From NCBI GenBank assembly GCA_030141605.1, contig JAQGDQ010000554.1, forward strand, positions 62,001-126,000: a stretch of 64,000 bases of DNA, in the 5' to 3' direction. The notes beneath the pieces were generated by a model. That model was not told where the DNA came from, did no database searches, and saw only the letters and a list, made by a program, of their open reading frames with translations. Made by a program: the position numbers and the translations under genes. Within the stretch, counting starts at the first letter, position 1, and each line of letters opens with the position of its first letter. The stretch comes from Tubiluchus corallicola (Eukaryota > Animalia > Priapulida). Positions 51,681 through 64,000 of this stretch are shown here, piece by piece.

Positions 51681-52019
51681 GATTACTGGTCTTTCATATG
51701 CACGGCCGGTAATCGTTCTTATACTTATAGGGCGCGATTACTTTTTGTTTGACACTGAATGGAGCTTAACGTCTTGTACAGAACAGCTAATTCTGGACAG
51801 AAGTAACAAAGTTCACACTTCATTTCGAGTGTCTAATTAAGCCAACCGGTTCCGTCTAGTTTACCAAAGCTAAGATGGAATATCTTCACCATAGACTGTA
51901 GAATCAAATGGTAGAATGCAGATTTACGGTGATTTATGGCAATTGCACGGCGCCCTCTATACTTATCAGTAACTTGCCACCCACTCTTCATTAGGTGCAA
52001 ACCACGCACTATCACTTCT

Positions 52020-52420
52020 CTTACTTATTTCTTTATTTGTCGCTTCTAAATTCCGTGATGTCCATTGCAATATCGGATTCCTCTTTTGTTTAAATGAATT
52101 GAATCTTCACATACAAATAGATGCTCTGTTGTGTTAGTTTTCTTCCTCCTCATCTAAGTATTTATATTTCTGAGTCCTTTTTAATTCTCCATTTTTAACT
52201 TGAAATTTGGTTTTAGGGTTTGTTTTTTCTTCTAATTTTTGTCATTAAATAATTCGTTTAAATCTGACTTTCAATAGTTCGAATTTTGTAAAATCTTCTA
52301 CTACTTGCTGTACTGTTTCTTTAGACTCCATTCCTAAGATGACACCTACATGCGATAGCATTTCTACTTCTAAATCTGGTCCCAATAATTGTTTTGAGGT
52401 AGTTTACTGGGTCTATGATT
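52020..52420 (-). mobile_element. Decayed LINE ORF2 C-terminal fragment
   Basis: The minus strand includes TTEHLFVCED, resembling the ETxEHL..C zinc-knuckle end of LINE ORF2; multiple stops. Confidence 0.3.
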
Positions 52421-53001
52421 TTATTAACAGCAACACTGCATAATATGGATCGAAACGGAGTTCCTTATTGTACCGACTCCTTTATCTGTACTTCCGCTGT
52501 GTCACCTACAGGAGTACATGTACATACTTTCAAATGGTTGGCTTTTGCATGATATGCAAATGTACTTGTTCAAAACGATAGTTGGACGTTTAAGTGTATG
52601 GTATGTTTAACCCACTTATCCTCTACACACTTAAGATTTGGTGGAAACCCGAGGCTGTAGTTTATGAGTGTGATACTGAACGATGGACATTTTCATTTGC
52701 AAAATAGGCTATTTTTAACAACAACAATAACAGCAACAAAAAATTGACGTGGAGTTTTAGATTCCGATACTCAGAGAAAAAAATCATCTTTAGATATAGA
52801 AATTGGCTAACTAAATATTCTTTATTGTGTACAGGAAAAAGTGTCGTACCATAAAATAAACTAAACGTATCCATCTCTAGAACTGACCCAGTTAGAGGCC
52901 TGAACTGTACTGAATCCAATATGAATAAAGCGGATTTTGACTTCTCGACAAAAACAAAGTCATTACAAAGTCAAAGTCAAACAAAGGATAAAAAGATTTT
53001 C

Positions 53002-53190
<189 letters not shown>

Positions 53191-53994
53191 TCTTTATTCA
53201 CCAACATTAAAACAATACATGTTGTACAAAGTATGTAATTGTATATTGCATGCACGGATGGAAGCAACATATCAGTCACTCACAATTATGACTGGACTGA
53301 TAGTTGGCAGTAGCGTTCTAAGACAATAACTACATAACCAAAGTACATAATGCGAAAGCCTAAACGCTCAAAGAATATAATGGTTAACATAATCAGAAAT
53401 CAAGTCAAATTACAGCCCAAAAATGACTGAGTATAAATGATATTATTTTACCGTTTCGTGAAAATGAATTCCACATTTTGATGGTTTGTCAAAATCGTGT
53501 CAGTTGGCGTGTAATGTGATTTTTTTATCGCAAATTGTTTTATCACAACTAAAATGAAAAAGTGTAAACTTATTTAATCAGTTTTGTTGGATCAGTTCGT
53601 TCAATTACACACTTAATTATTGGTGCAGGAAAAAGTACATTTTGTTAATCTTGAAAATATTGTAACTTTTTGTTAGTCCATTTTAGTATTTGCCAATGAT
53701 AAATGTAGTCTAATAAGGTATCCTAATAAAAATTAACTTAACAACAAAGTATTTGGTGCGCTGGTTAGTTTGTGTCAAAAAGCTTCAGCATTAATATTAA
53801 GTTATGCGAATTAAATTTGAGAAAATCATGTATGCTGACAAATTATCTAAATCTGGGGCTTGTAGGCTGCTTGCTCTTGTATGGCACGAAGACCAATAAT
53901 CTGCAAAATTAATATTTACAAAGATTGTGCGCTGTTTTTATAGGGAAAACTATTTAAGAAGAATGTTCAGCAGAAAGAGTGTACTCATCTCGTA

Positions 53995-54263
53995 GTAGTA
54001 GTGTAGTCTAGTGGTAAGGCATCCGCTTGCCGTCTGTGAGGTCGTGAGTTCGATACTGCGGCCGGTCATACCAAAGACTTTACAAATGGTACCTGGCGCG
54101 CCGAATTTAAAGTAAAAGCGGGTGCAATAATGTTTCTGTTAGGTAGGTGTAGATTTGTTATTTACAGTCGTCCAAAATCTCTTTGAGCTCATGTTGCTTG
54201 TAATCCAACAACCGAGTTTAAATATTATTATTACTAAAGTAGTAGTAGTAGTAGTAGCAGTAA
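53995..54263 (+). mobile_element. tRNA-derived SINE
   Basis: Pol III A-box tagtctagtgg (54004-54014) and B-box gagttcgatac (54046-54056); then tcataccaaagactttacaaatggtac, resembling the conserved Meta-SINE central domain; (tta)/(gta)n tail; no acceptor stem. Confidence 0.75.
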
Positions 54264-54319
54264 TTCATAAGTTTTGTGCCTACTGTCCCGTCTAGTTCCA
54301 CATAGCATATATTATCTTC

Positions 54320-54900
54320 GTTCTATAGTTTGCAGATGACACCTGTGTAATAATTGTCTCACAAGTGTGTTGAAACTTTATATAAAATTGTCAAAGAGAC
54401 GATTAATTTGTCTAACTGAAATGTTGGCTAAACATAGTACCCAATGGTACTATGTACTTAATTTGTCTAACTGAAATGTTGGCTAAACATAGTACCCAAT
54501 GGACGTGTCGTAGAACAAGTTGTTAAAACAAAGTTTCTTGGAGTAATAGTAGATGAATCATGAACATATACATGTAGATTATATTTGTTCTAAATCTCTG
54601 AACATAAGCAGCTTAACATTTTAAAAGTTAATGATATTCTATGAACGACAGTTGCCTGTTTTATTCACAAACGTTTTAATGCTTCTTAACATTTCGCTAG
54701 CTTATTTGCAAGCAACAACACACTTTATATGTAAAAACACTAGGCAGTTCAATAATTATCATATTCCGAAAGTAAAAATTGACCTTACGAAACATTTATC
54801 AGGGTTATCAGGATTTTATTTTATGGCAAAACTTGCCATGTAATGTCAAAGATGAGTTTTAAAAAGAGAAGATGAAAATTATACTATAATATTTTTATAA
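54320..54900 (+). mobile_element. Decayed CR1/L2-group LINE RT fragment
   Basis: tttgcagatgacacc (FADDT), later TKFLGVIVDE and HVDYICSK; deletions and stops. Confidence 0.6.
54403..54502 (+). repeat. Perfect 45-bp direct duplication with a 10-bp spacer
   Basis: ttaatttgtctaactgaaatgttggctaaacatagtacccaatgg at 54403-54447 and 54458-54502. Confidence 0.95.
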
Positions 54901-56153
54901 TGTTGAATAACATATATCATGCATTTTTTCATTATTGGAACATTTTTTATTTTAGTAAATTTGGTCTTATAAGTCTGGTGACGTCGTGACCAGTCATAAT
55001 TATTTAATTTGTATGATGAAGATGATGTATTTTGTTGATCAGAAGCGTATTTTCATTTCAAATTTTTATTATTTACTGGCGCCTTCATTTTCGTTTTTAT
55101 TTATTTATTTATTCTTATTTACATATATATTGTTACCGCGCCATTTATATGCATTGAAATGAAAAAATGAATGCCGGCATGCATTACTGAATGTAAATGA
55201 ATTATTGAATTACCTAGTTACGCAAAAGGTCAGTGACGCAGAGCAGAAATATTGGAAAATTATAAGTTGTTTGAATACAACTTTTTAGCGTTTGGTCGTC
55301 TAACCTGTCACACGAGAAAAGTATGTTAACATAGTAGTATGCTAACTTTAGGTGTCTGTGCTGCACGATGTATAGAGGATGCTTATTAACCATTAAAGTA
55401 AATGAAAATATAAATTGGTACCGATTGTGGTGTTATTTACCTGAAAAAGGGATTCGGCTTAGCACGGCAAACATTTTTTCTACGAATAATAACAGCATTT
55501 TATGATAAATCAAATATGGGAAAACGCTGTCGCAGCTGGAATCAACAACTGTTGCTTGGGTACATACTTACTCTCTTGGCTTCAAAGTGCATATACTCAA
55601 TTAGATAACTTCCATTCTTGCGAGGTACCTATACTACTTTGTTATTCGGTGTTACAATCGGGAATCAACAAAAAAGAATAACGTACAGGTTTTAAAGAAA
55701 AAATTCGGTACAAAAATCTTTGCTAATAGTGAAATATGTGGCGTTTATTGATTATTATTTGTTTATTTATTAATAACATTTATAAAATATACGGAATTTT
55801 ATAAAAGATAAAACTGTATAAGCTCTTACGCCATCATATGTTGTGAAGTGGCAATTATGGTTAGGTCAAATAGTCTACTCATGTGCAACACACAGCGATA
55901 AGAATCGCAAAATAAAGCCGAACCCTTTCAATACAATACAGTCAATGTCTTGAACTTGATAGAGGTATCAAACTGGTGTGCTTGTACTCTAAGAGAGGCC
56001 TCGCAAAAGATTTATATATATGTGAGAAGTGAGAATCACGCGTCGGCTACGATTGCTCTACAGGGCTTTTATCCATAGTTAAACGTTACCATTCATCTCA
56101 TGTTAGAGAAGCTCGAAAATAAAAACGCACAGTAAACAGAAAATTCTTCTGAA

Positions 56154-57149
56154 ATGATCCGGACAAACTTAACGACAAGAAAATTCGTTTTACCGACATT
56201 CATAACTTGTGTTGTGTTTTTGTTACGCTGTTACGAAATTTTCCAAAAATCCATTGTCATCAAAACTTCTAACATAACAGAATGTTTAGTTGGTGACAAA
56301 ATCTTTAAGTACACGTTGCCCTTCGGTTTTAAATGCGGGAGTGAAACATTACTCATAATAATAGTGGAGTCGCATGTGGAAGATTTCGATGGTCGCGAGG
56401 TGGTCAGGACAACATGGGGTGGTTTTCTGAAGCAAAGGAAAGATGTGGAACTGTTGTTCATCGTCGGTCAGGCTAAAAGTGCCAAACGATCAAAAACGAA
56501 CGTAGAAATTGAAATGTTAAAATTTGGTGATTTAGTAGTGACTAACATCGAGGAAAATTATCGTAGCTTGGTGCTAAAAAGCATCTTGATGCTACATGTT
56601 GTCTCTAAACAATGTCAAGAAGCTATGTTCTTAATGAAGTGTGATGCTGACGTTTATGTCAATTCTGACGTTTTGATAAACCATGTTTCAAAACTGCAAC
56701 GCAACACAATTTCTGGGTATGTCCTGAAAGGGGCAATTCCTAAAAGAAACATATTTAAACGCGGATTTGTGTCGAAAAGAGAATGGCCAAAGAAGTTATT
56801 TCCCACATACGCCATTGGAGCCGGGTATATCATCAGTATGGATTTGGTGTCATCGTTATACGATGCTTCCCGGCATAGGATACCTGTCCCAGCCGAGGAC
56901 GTTTACGTTACAGGAATTCTCCCAACTCGAATATGGCCGGAAAGTTATCCAACCTTCGTTCCGGCAAATAATTTGATTGTTACTCAAATTTTTACTGTTC
57001 GTAACATTAGTGTAAAAGATACAATGATTGTCCATTGCTCCGGCAGAAGTAGTTTACTCGAAGAATTTTGGCTCAAGGGCAATACGCTTATCATGAATAA
57101 GGTGTTAGAAGAGAAATATAGACTTTATTATACACAGCAAGAGCATTAA
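56154..57149 (+). CDS. GT31-family beta-1,3-galactosyltransferase/GlcNAc-transferase-like type II Golgi membrane protein, intronless
   Basis: N-terminal TM segment; LLIIIVES...REVVRTTWG, LLFIVG, E...FGDLV..NIEENYRSLVLKS, MKCDADVYVN (DxD), FPTYAIGAGYIIS, EDVYVTG. Confidence 0.92.
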   Translation: MIRTNLTTRKFVLPTFITCVVFLLRCYEIFQKSIVIKTSNITECLVGDKIFKYTLPFGFKCGSETLLIIIVESHVEDFDGREVVRTTWGGFLKQRKDVELLFIVGQAKSAKRSKTNVEIEMLKFGDLVVTNIEENYRSLVLKSILMLHVVSKQCQEAMFLMKCDADVYVNSDVLINHVSKLQRNTISGYVLKGAIPKRNIFKRGFVSKREWPKKLFPTYAIGAGYIISMDLVSSLYDASRHRIPVPAEDVYVTGILPTRIWPESYPTFVPANNLIVTQIFTVRNISVKDTMIVHCSGRSSLLEEFWLKGNTLIMNKVLEEKYRLYYTQQEH

Positions 57150-58630
57150 CTGTGGTTCAGTGATTTTTAATTAGTCACATTCGAGTAAAGATATAATTTT
57201 TTGCAATGTAAGTTAAAAATTACTTTAAATCAATTGGTATTTCTTCTGGAATGGCGGAACGTTACTTTGAGGGGAAGTTAGCCTTTTTTCTCACTCTCAC
57301 CGCACAGGACTGGTATCTAGATGACATTAGAGAATCAGTAAGACCATGGACAATTTTCAGAAGAGCAACAAGATGCGAAAATTCTGAATGTTTCGGCGTC
57401 TAAATGCGTTTTGGCACGTGTTAAGTGAAGATTTTATTCAGCTAAAAACTCGAAACCATTGAATGTTGGTGTCAAATAGATTATCAGTGCAAATTGCTCA
57501 AGACATTGTGGTGGTGCACGATAAACTTTCTATTTTCAAAAAAAGGTGAGACTTGAAAGTATCAGCTAGCGTGACAGAAATGCAATTTTAGTTTACTGTA
57601 TACTCGTGTGATTATGCTGTTGACTTGTTTTAATTGATTTAATGAAAATATTTATATATTATTGTTGCAGTACAAAGAACCTAAGTGTACGTGCAGACAC
57701 GTATGTTTAATTTGCGCTAACAGTGTAGTAAATGGTTTCGCCATTAGCTTCAAGCAATATTGTTAACACCCTTAATGCTTCTAGACAAGTCCCGTTTCGT
57801 TAAACTTTAAACTTTGTTTGAATTCTTTCAAAGTTCCATTAATTTTTGTCTGTTTCAGTCCCTTTTACATCATTTCATATGTTTTTATATGTTTTGTAAC
57901 GTACACTGTGTACCATTTTCACGTACAACCTATTATCTTAATTTGTGAATGCAGTCATCTGCAGATATACTTATTTAATCACATGTTACCGCTAATTGTA
58001 ACTGCTAAATTCACTATCGGCTGTTTGTATGCGTGACTTCTATACACTGAGGCTGAGCTCTTGAATTGACGCTGAGACTTTAATCTTGAGTAATTCGTAA
58101 CCCATAAACAAGCTTACACAAAATGACCGCTAGCGAATAAGAATTAAAGTTGCTTGTAAATATAACGCAGAGTTGGTCAAGCAGTTGGTCAACGTGTTTG
58201 AACGTCACCTGTGTTTGACCCAAGCACGTAGATTAGGCGCTGCTGTAGTTAATTTTTTCATTAAGCTCTAAGGTCTTCTCAGACCTCTGTTAGATTTTCA
58301 TAAATAATAATAATTTATTGGATATTTAAAATGCATTGACATTAAAAAGCAGAAGTGCATTTTACATACATGAACAAACAGTACGTGCATAATTGACTAT
58401 TATAGACAGAGCTAAATTTGAAATTCCTGTGTATAAAAATCACTAGAAATCAGCCGAAAAGCCAGTACTTTAAGTCAGTATTAAATTTTTATTTAATTAA
58501 AAAGACTTTTTTTGTAAAAATAAGTTTTAAGAAAGGATTTGAACTTTTGTCAATATTAGTCATTTTATGTGCACGAATTGGCCAATTGTTCCAAAATTTT
58601 GGTGCTGCTATGCAAAAACTATTAGATCCA

Positions 58631-58801
58631 TACGTGACTAGATTATAACACGATACAACAAGTGTCGATGAACTAATTGATCTAAAATTAGCTAAATTAC
58701 GTCCTTTACATAAATACTATGATATTTATACGTGACTAGATTATAACACGGTACAACAATTGTCGGCGAACTCATTGACCTAGGATTAGTTAGATTACGT
58801 C
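58631..58801 (+). repeat. Diverged 73-bp direct duplication
   Basis: tacgtgactagattataacacg...ttacgtc at 58631-58703 and 58729-58801. Confidence 0.85.
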
Positions 58802-58839
58802 TGGACAGGCAACAAGATTTATGGGATAAAATTTATTTA

Positions 58840-59040
58840 CCAAAAAATAAAAAGACAAGTTTCTGCACCTAAGCTGACCTAAATTATATATTAGAAGGAA
58901 TTAAAGTTCTTGATGAATGTGATGGCAGAGACATTCATTTGTGTTGCAAAAAATTTGGACAGCCTTCCAAAATGTCCCTCAGAAGAGATCACCATGTGTT
59001 ATGTAGTTCACAGACTATCGAAACTAGAAAACAAGTGAAT
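58840..59040 (+). mobile_element. Probable LINE ORF1 remnant
   Basis: DLNYILEGIKVLDEC followed, after a frameshift, by VAKNLDSLPKCPSEEITMCYVVHRLSKLE, resembling ORF1 segments of invertebrate LINEs. Confidence 0.4.
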
Positions 59041-60251
59041 TCGTCTTTAGAGGTGCACATCGCTTCCCATCATGGCCTTGCCCTACAGAAATTATGAATT
59101 TGGATTAAATAATGTCTTCATTATCCTATTGAGTTTTGATAGGCTGGTGATCAATTTAGACTCAAATTCTTCAGATAAAATTAAATGCCAACACCAACTT
59201 GCTTAAAGTAGTGTTGGTATTTCTTTTTAATGACAATTTTTAAAAAAGCTTATACATTCTTAATGTCTCACTAAACGATTAAAAAGTTTGGAAATGCTGT
59301 TGTAAATAACCGGGTTTATTGGCTTTTGGATAATACGGTTATTAGGCATGACTACCATTATGTCACTGGCAAATGAGAGATTATAATTCCAAAACGTAAT
59401 GAAATTAACAAAATGTGTTGAACATGCATAGGTTACAACATAAATGCATATACTTACAAAACTACAGCTTAACAATACATTGCCCCCTCCCCAAACGGAA
59501 CGTAATGTGTGATTAATGCAAAATTAGTTTATATGAATATCTCTATATTTTTAACTAATTTCCATGTTGTCTTTTTATGTTTTGTATGAAAAACTTCTTT
59601 GATGGATAATTTCGTAAACAGTTTGATTGTGTTAATAATTGCAAATTGGGTTCATTGATTTTCTGTCAACACTGTTCAGCATGAGCTTTGGATAGACGAC
59701 TTTCTACTGATTTATGCTTACAGATCCGTATGCCAAGTTGTCCGGATGTTTGGCCAATGTATGTCATGCAACAATTGTCGCATTTGAACAGATAAACTAC
59801 GCCAGCTTTACCCAAAAAACCTTTCAAAGTAATTCGGCATAATTATAAATTTTTGGTGTTAACAAACACTGGCTTTAGACTAATATCTCTAGAACTTGTG
59901 CAAGTTTCAACATATTTTGTCAATTTTATCTTTAGTCATTGCGTTTTACCGCCAGTAGAGTTAGTCAAGTAAGTCTGTGAAGTTTGGTAGCAAACGTAAT
60001 TTATTCAAGGTCAGCATATTTCTGCAATTTTCTCAAATTCGTTACATTTGCAATCACAAACTAAAGTAGCTATTTCTCAGTTCTTTTTAACATGCAAGCA
60101 TAATTAAGTAAGGAGCAAGTGGGAAGTGGTGATGACAAGCCACTGGCATAGTAGAGTCTATTTTTTACTGGATTACTGCTGTGTTTTCCTTTCTTGAGGA
60201 CAGACTTCTTTTATTTTAGAATTCTGTCTTCAGTAGACGTAATGGGCAAAT

Positions 60252-61060
60252 TTGCAATTTGGGCTTAAATGCACGATATCCACTACTATATGTACCATGA
60301 TATTAAAAGAAACCGCTAAATATTACATACAAAATGGCTCTAGAGTCTATTGTGCTTTACTTGACGCTTCTAAAGCATTCATAAATTACTGTAAATTTTT
60401 CAAGCTTCTAGTTCAGAAAAATCTTCCTGCTAATATAGTCAAATGGTTATTAAATATGTATAAGAACTAGCAAATATGTTTATCGTAGCATAATATACCA
60501 AATCTGGATTTTTTTACTTGTACCAACGGGGTAAGACAGGGTGCTGTCTTATTTGGCGTGTACTTAGATGAAGTATTATGTAAACTGCGGGATTCTAAAA
60601 TTGGATGTATGGTGGGTAACAGGTGCTGTGACAGTGTCGCATATGCTGAGGATTTAGGTCTGTTGGCTCCGAATATACGGGCTCTTCAGCCATGTTAAAA
60701 ATTTCTGAAAAGTATGCTAGAAATTCTGATATCGATTTCGTAAATATAAGTCGTCACAAAGTAAAGAGCAAATGTATAATTTTCTATTCTCATAAGAATG
60801 TTCTCTGCAACTTACATCCCATACTAAAACTCAATAACAAACTGATGTCTTTTTGCGACAAAGTGTTGCACTTGGTACCACACTGATATCTAATTTGTCG
60901 GTAACGCTAAAATTCTATGTAAACGTGGAGATTTCATTTGTCGTGCAAACAGTGTTATATGTGACTTCTCGTTTCTTAATAGCTGTATTAAGACTAAAAT
61001 ATTTCAATTGTACTGTCATAGCTTTCATGGTTCGCAAAATATTTCACCTATTCTTTCAAA
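60252..61060 (+). mobile_element. Non-LTR retrotransposon reverse-transcriptase fragment (RTE-X/L2-like), pseudogenised
   Basis: QFG..., VYCALLDASKAF, NGVRQGAVL, FGVYLDEVL, VAYAEDLGLLAP (decayed YADD); stops and frameshifts. Confidence 0.85.
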
Positions 61061-61321
61061 TACTGGAGTTTTAAATGAGTATATTTTAGAAGAGCGATAA
61101 GCCAGGTTCATTTGTTGTTTCACTGAATCTTTTATTTTTATCGTCTAAATTTCACAAGTAATTTCATCCTGTGCATGAACCAATGTAGGGATGATGAACC
61201 AATGATGTATCCAAGTTTACGCAATTTATGTTTTACAATAACCCAGTATTTGTAAAATTTATCCAATTTGTCCTGGTTTTAGGCTGATGATACAAAGAGA
61301 AACTTTTTTATATAAATATAT

Positions 61322-61641
61322 TGTTACGGGGACGAAATGCCATTTATTTCCGACCCCTCTACAGTGTGATGGCTCGATCCATTACGAACCATTGCATATT
61401 AGCGTTGCATAGCAGCAATAAGTAGCTGATATGGGATGGCCTCGTCGGTTCAGTGGGCTGAGGGGCAGGTGCGTCTTCCCTCTCAGCATCTGCACCGTAA
61501 CGACAACTGGCATGGAGCACGATGGGGTAGACATCTGGCGTGTTACTTGATTCAGTAATTTTACTCTTATTACTGTTTTTCTACGTTTTCTTTTCAAACA
61601 TGCGACAACCGGCGTATCAGCACCATCCGCACTTCGTTACA
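61322..61641. mobile_element. Solo LTR (320 bp), Gypsy-like
   Basis: TGTTACG...CGTTACA termini, 4-bp TSD ATAT on both sides (61318-61321, 61642-61645), GC content above the flanks. Confidence 0.75.
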
Positions 61642-62819
61642 ATATTTATTTATCAACAGCATTAACAGCGAAGCATATGTAGATTGCTTAACTAAAGTTT
61701 CTACTGTTACTATAAATGTTGATAATACCCCTCATACACACCGTCCCTACTATGCAAATTAAAACAAGTTGATACTGTCTCACAACAGGTAAAAACAATA
61801 TAAAATATTTGTATAGGACTGAAATAAATAGGAACATATGTCTTGAACAAAAACAATAGTTACAAATACATAAAAGATTCTTCTGTCACAAATATAAGGT
61901 GGAGAAAGAAACAAGTTACTCAGATTTGTTTGTTGAATTTTTATATAAACATCTGGGTTTCATACAGAACTAATTTATTAACATTATGAGGAATCGTGTC
62001 AGACCGACATTGTAGTAATTGTGTTTGAGAAATTGTGTTAGACAATAATTGCGAAAGAAAAACTTTGTGAAATGTTCCCAGGATTTTAATAAAATTAATA
62101 ATCACATGCTAAGATTATTCTTTTATTTACAATTAAAAATCCTAAATAATAGGTTGAATACATGTCATAACATTCACAAATACACGCAGTAAACCGATTA
62201 TAATTATACTCCATATTTTATTTTTATAAATCAATTATGTGTTTAGCGGAATGTTGGAAGCAATCTAACCGTTACGAATGAAAATGATCTATAGCCTTTT
62301 ATCTTTAATGTTTCCTTCTTTTGCCTAATGTAATGACTAATCAGTGAGAAAGTTTAGATTTGTCAGTTCTCAGAGTTTGCTTGTGCATGGCTTCTTTCTC
62401 ATTAAGTACTTGATTAGGCAGCACTTTTAGACTACCTGTAATGATACAAATAAATCGAAAAGCTTTTTTCTCAGTTTTTCGTGTATAGAAACCTAGCAAG
62501 CAGTAGTGCGTTGAGCGAACAAGTAGATTAAACAAGACTTGTATAATTATGGTTTTTGTTACAGTAGACACATAGGCACTCTACAGCTACACATTAAGAA
62601 TAATTTGACTGAGATTGTTTGGAATAATATGATTAAATTAATACAATTCTCTAGTAAAGTACTGTAATAAGATTTGATAAATCTCAGAAAGTCTTTGCGA
62701 TCTTTGTACAGTTTTTGTGAAATAGTTTTATGCATACATCGTAATTGTGATTTAATGTTTTAATTTTATTTTGATACAGCTACAACGTACATGTAATTAT
62801 TGTATTTATTGTGGTCTTA

Positions 62820-63275
62820 ACTAAATCGAGGATGAAATGCACTTAGTCATGAAATGTCCACGTTATCAGGATGATAGACTGACACTTTTTAACAATATTG
62901 ATAATTTGTTCCTTGCATTTTCTGCCATACCAACAGACAATGATAAATTTGTTTTTATAATGAGTAGTCAAGATTACTGTAGCTTTTCTGGAATCGCACT
63001 TTCAGACCCACGACTAAGAATCAGTTACTGTTTAAATAAAATCTGAATACATTTTTATAAAGAGTTATTAATACTGCTTTATGTAACATTGTTGTGATAA
63101 TTATTTTTAATACTTGTATGAATGAACTGTTATTTATTTTGCACGCTCGAGCTACAATATTCCGTTGTATGGGGATTTTAAAGTTAAAGTAAACGTCTCT
63201 TTTACTGTTGATTAAATCAGTTTTATTTGTTTGTTTGTAATGCAATGTATATGTAATGGCGGTTCAATAAAGAAA
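62820..63275 (+). mobile_element. LINE ORF2 extreme 3' end with 3'UTR
   Basis: EDEMHLVMKCPRYQDDR matches the EDExHFxxxCPxY end of the zinc knuckle; aataaa near 63267. Confidence 0.65.
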
Positions 63276-64000
63276 CTCACATGTGGTTGCAATGCAATTA
63301 GGCCTCACAGTTCATTTTCTCAGTTCATAAAATAGAAAATATGGATGTTTCATTAACTTCTGACAATGGATTAATGGCCCTACAACCTTTACTAAAATAC
63401 AAAAACCTTTTCAATCTTAACCACGAGGAGAATAAGGTTCACTATAACGCACATTATATTGCTCTTACGGTGACATTAATTTGATTATAATTAGTCTGGC
63501 GAAGATAAAAGGCAAATTACAAAAATAACGTCATAGATGACGTTATAATCCTTTGATCATTTTTAGTTAAAATACAAATGGAATTCAGAACTGCTAGATT
63601 AATGCATTTGGATAAATAAAATTAATGCAACATTATCACAATTCCTGCTAGTGACAATGACATCAACTACACTACGTAGAATGTAACCGCTGCCATTAAA
63701 CAGTCTGGTGTATTACAGTGTTCATATTACATTTATTTCTTACGTATGAAACTTATGTGTTGTGTTTGACTATTACAGACACAATGCAAAAAACTACTTT
63801 GTCTTTGTCACTCAACGATTATTTACTTTATGACTTTAAATTTCAAACATAAATGCGATAAAATTCGCGAGAGATTGAACTTTGAAAAAATTTCTTCATA
63901 AATATCGCACAACAATGGACAAAATGAAAACTAAATTAAGCAGCTGTAATTGCACAAAATTTTCTAAACATTGTTTTCTGAATTTTTCAAGAATTCACTC

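Noticed and set aside
53995-54070. Functional tRNA-Gly(GCC) gene
   Set aside because: Acceptor and anticodon stems do not pair, and it continues into a SINE body and tail

Overview
AT-rich eukaryotic genomic DNA from an invertebrate animal, not a prokaryote. It holds four protein-coding genes. (1) A 6.15-kb afadin/canoe CDS with no coding introns (166-6315, +). (2) A SARM1 (Ect4/tir-1) orthologue with ARM-SAM-SAM-TIR architecture, which I assembled by hand from 10 phase-compatible GT-AG exons (29617-46627, +, about 866 aa), plus a cluster of candidate symmetric cassette exons in the SAM2-TIR linker. (3) An intronless PhnW-like 2-aminoethylphosphonate:pyruvate transaminase with a probable mitochondrial presequence (-), lying tail-to-tail with SARM1. 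(4) An intronless GT31 beta-1,3-glycosyltransferase (+). The rest is intronic or intergenic and contains a hAT MITE with an 8-bp TSD, a Tc1/mariner MITE, a solo LTR, a tRNA-derived SINE, several decayed LINE fragments, and micro- and minisatellites. All assignments come from motif recognition by eye; no database searches were run.
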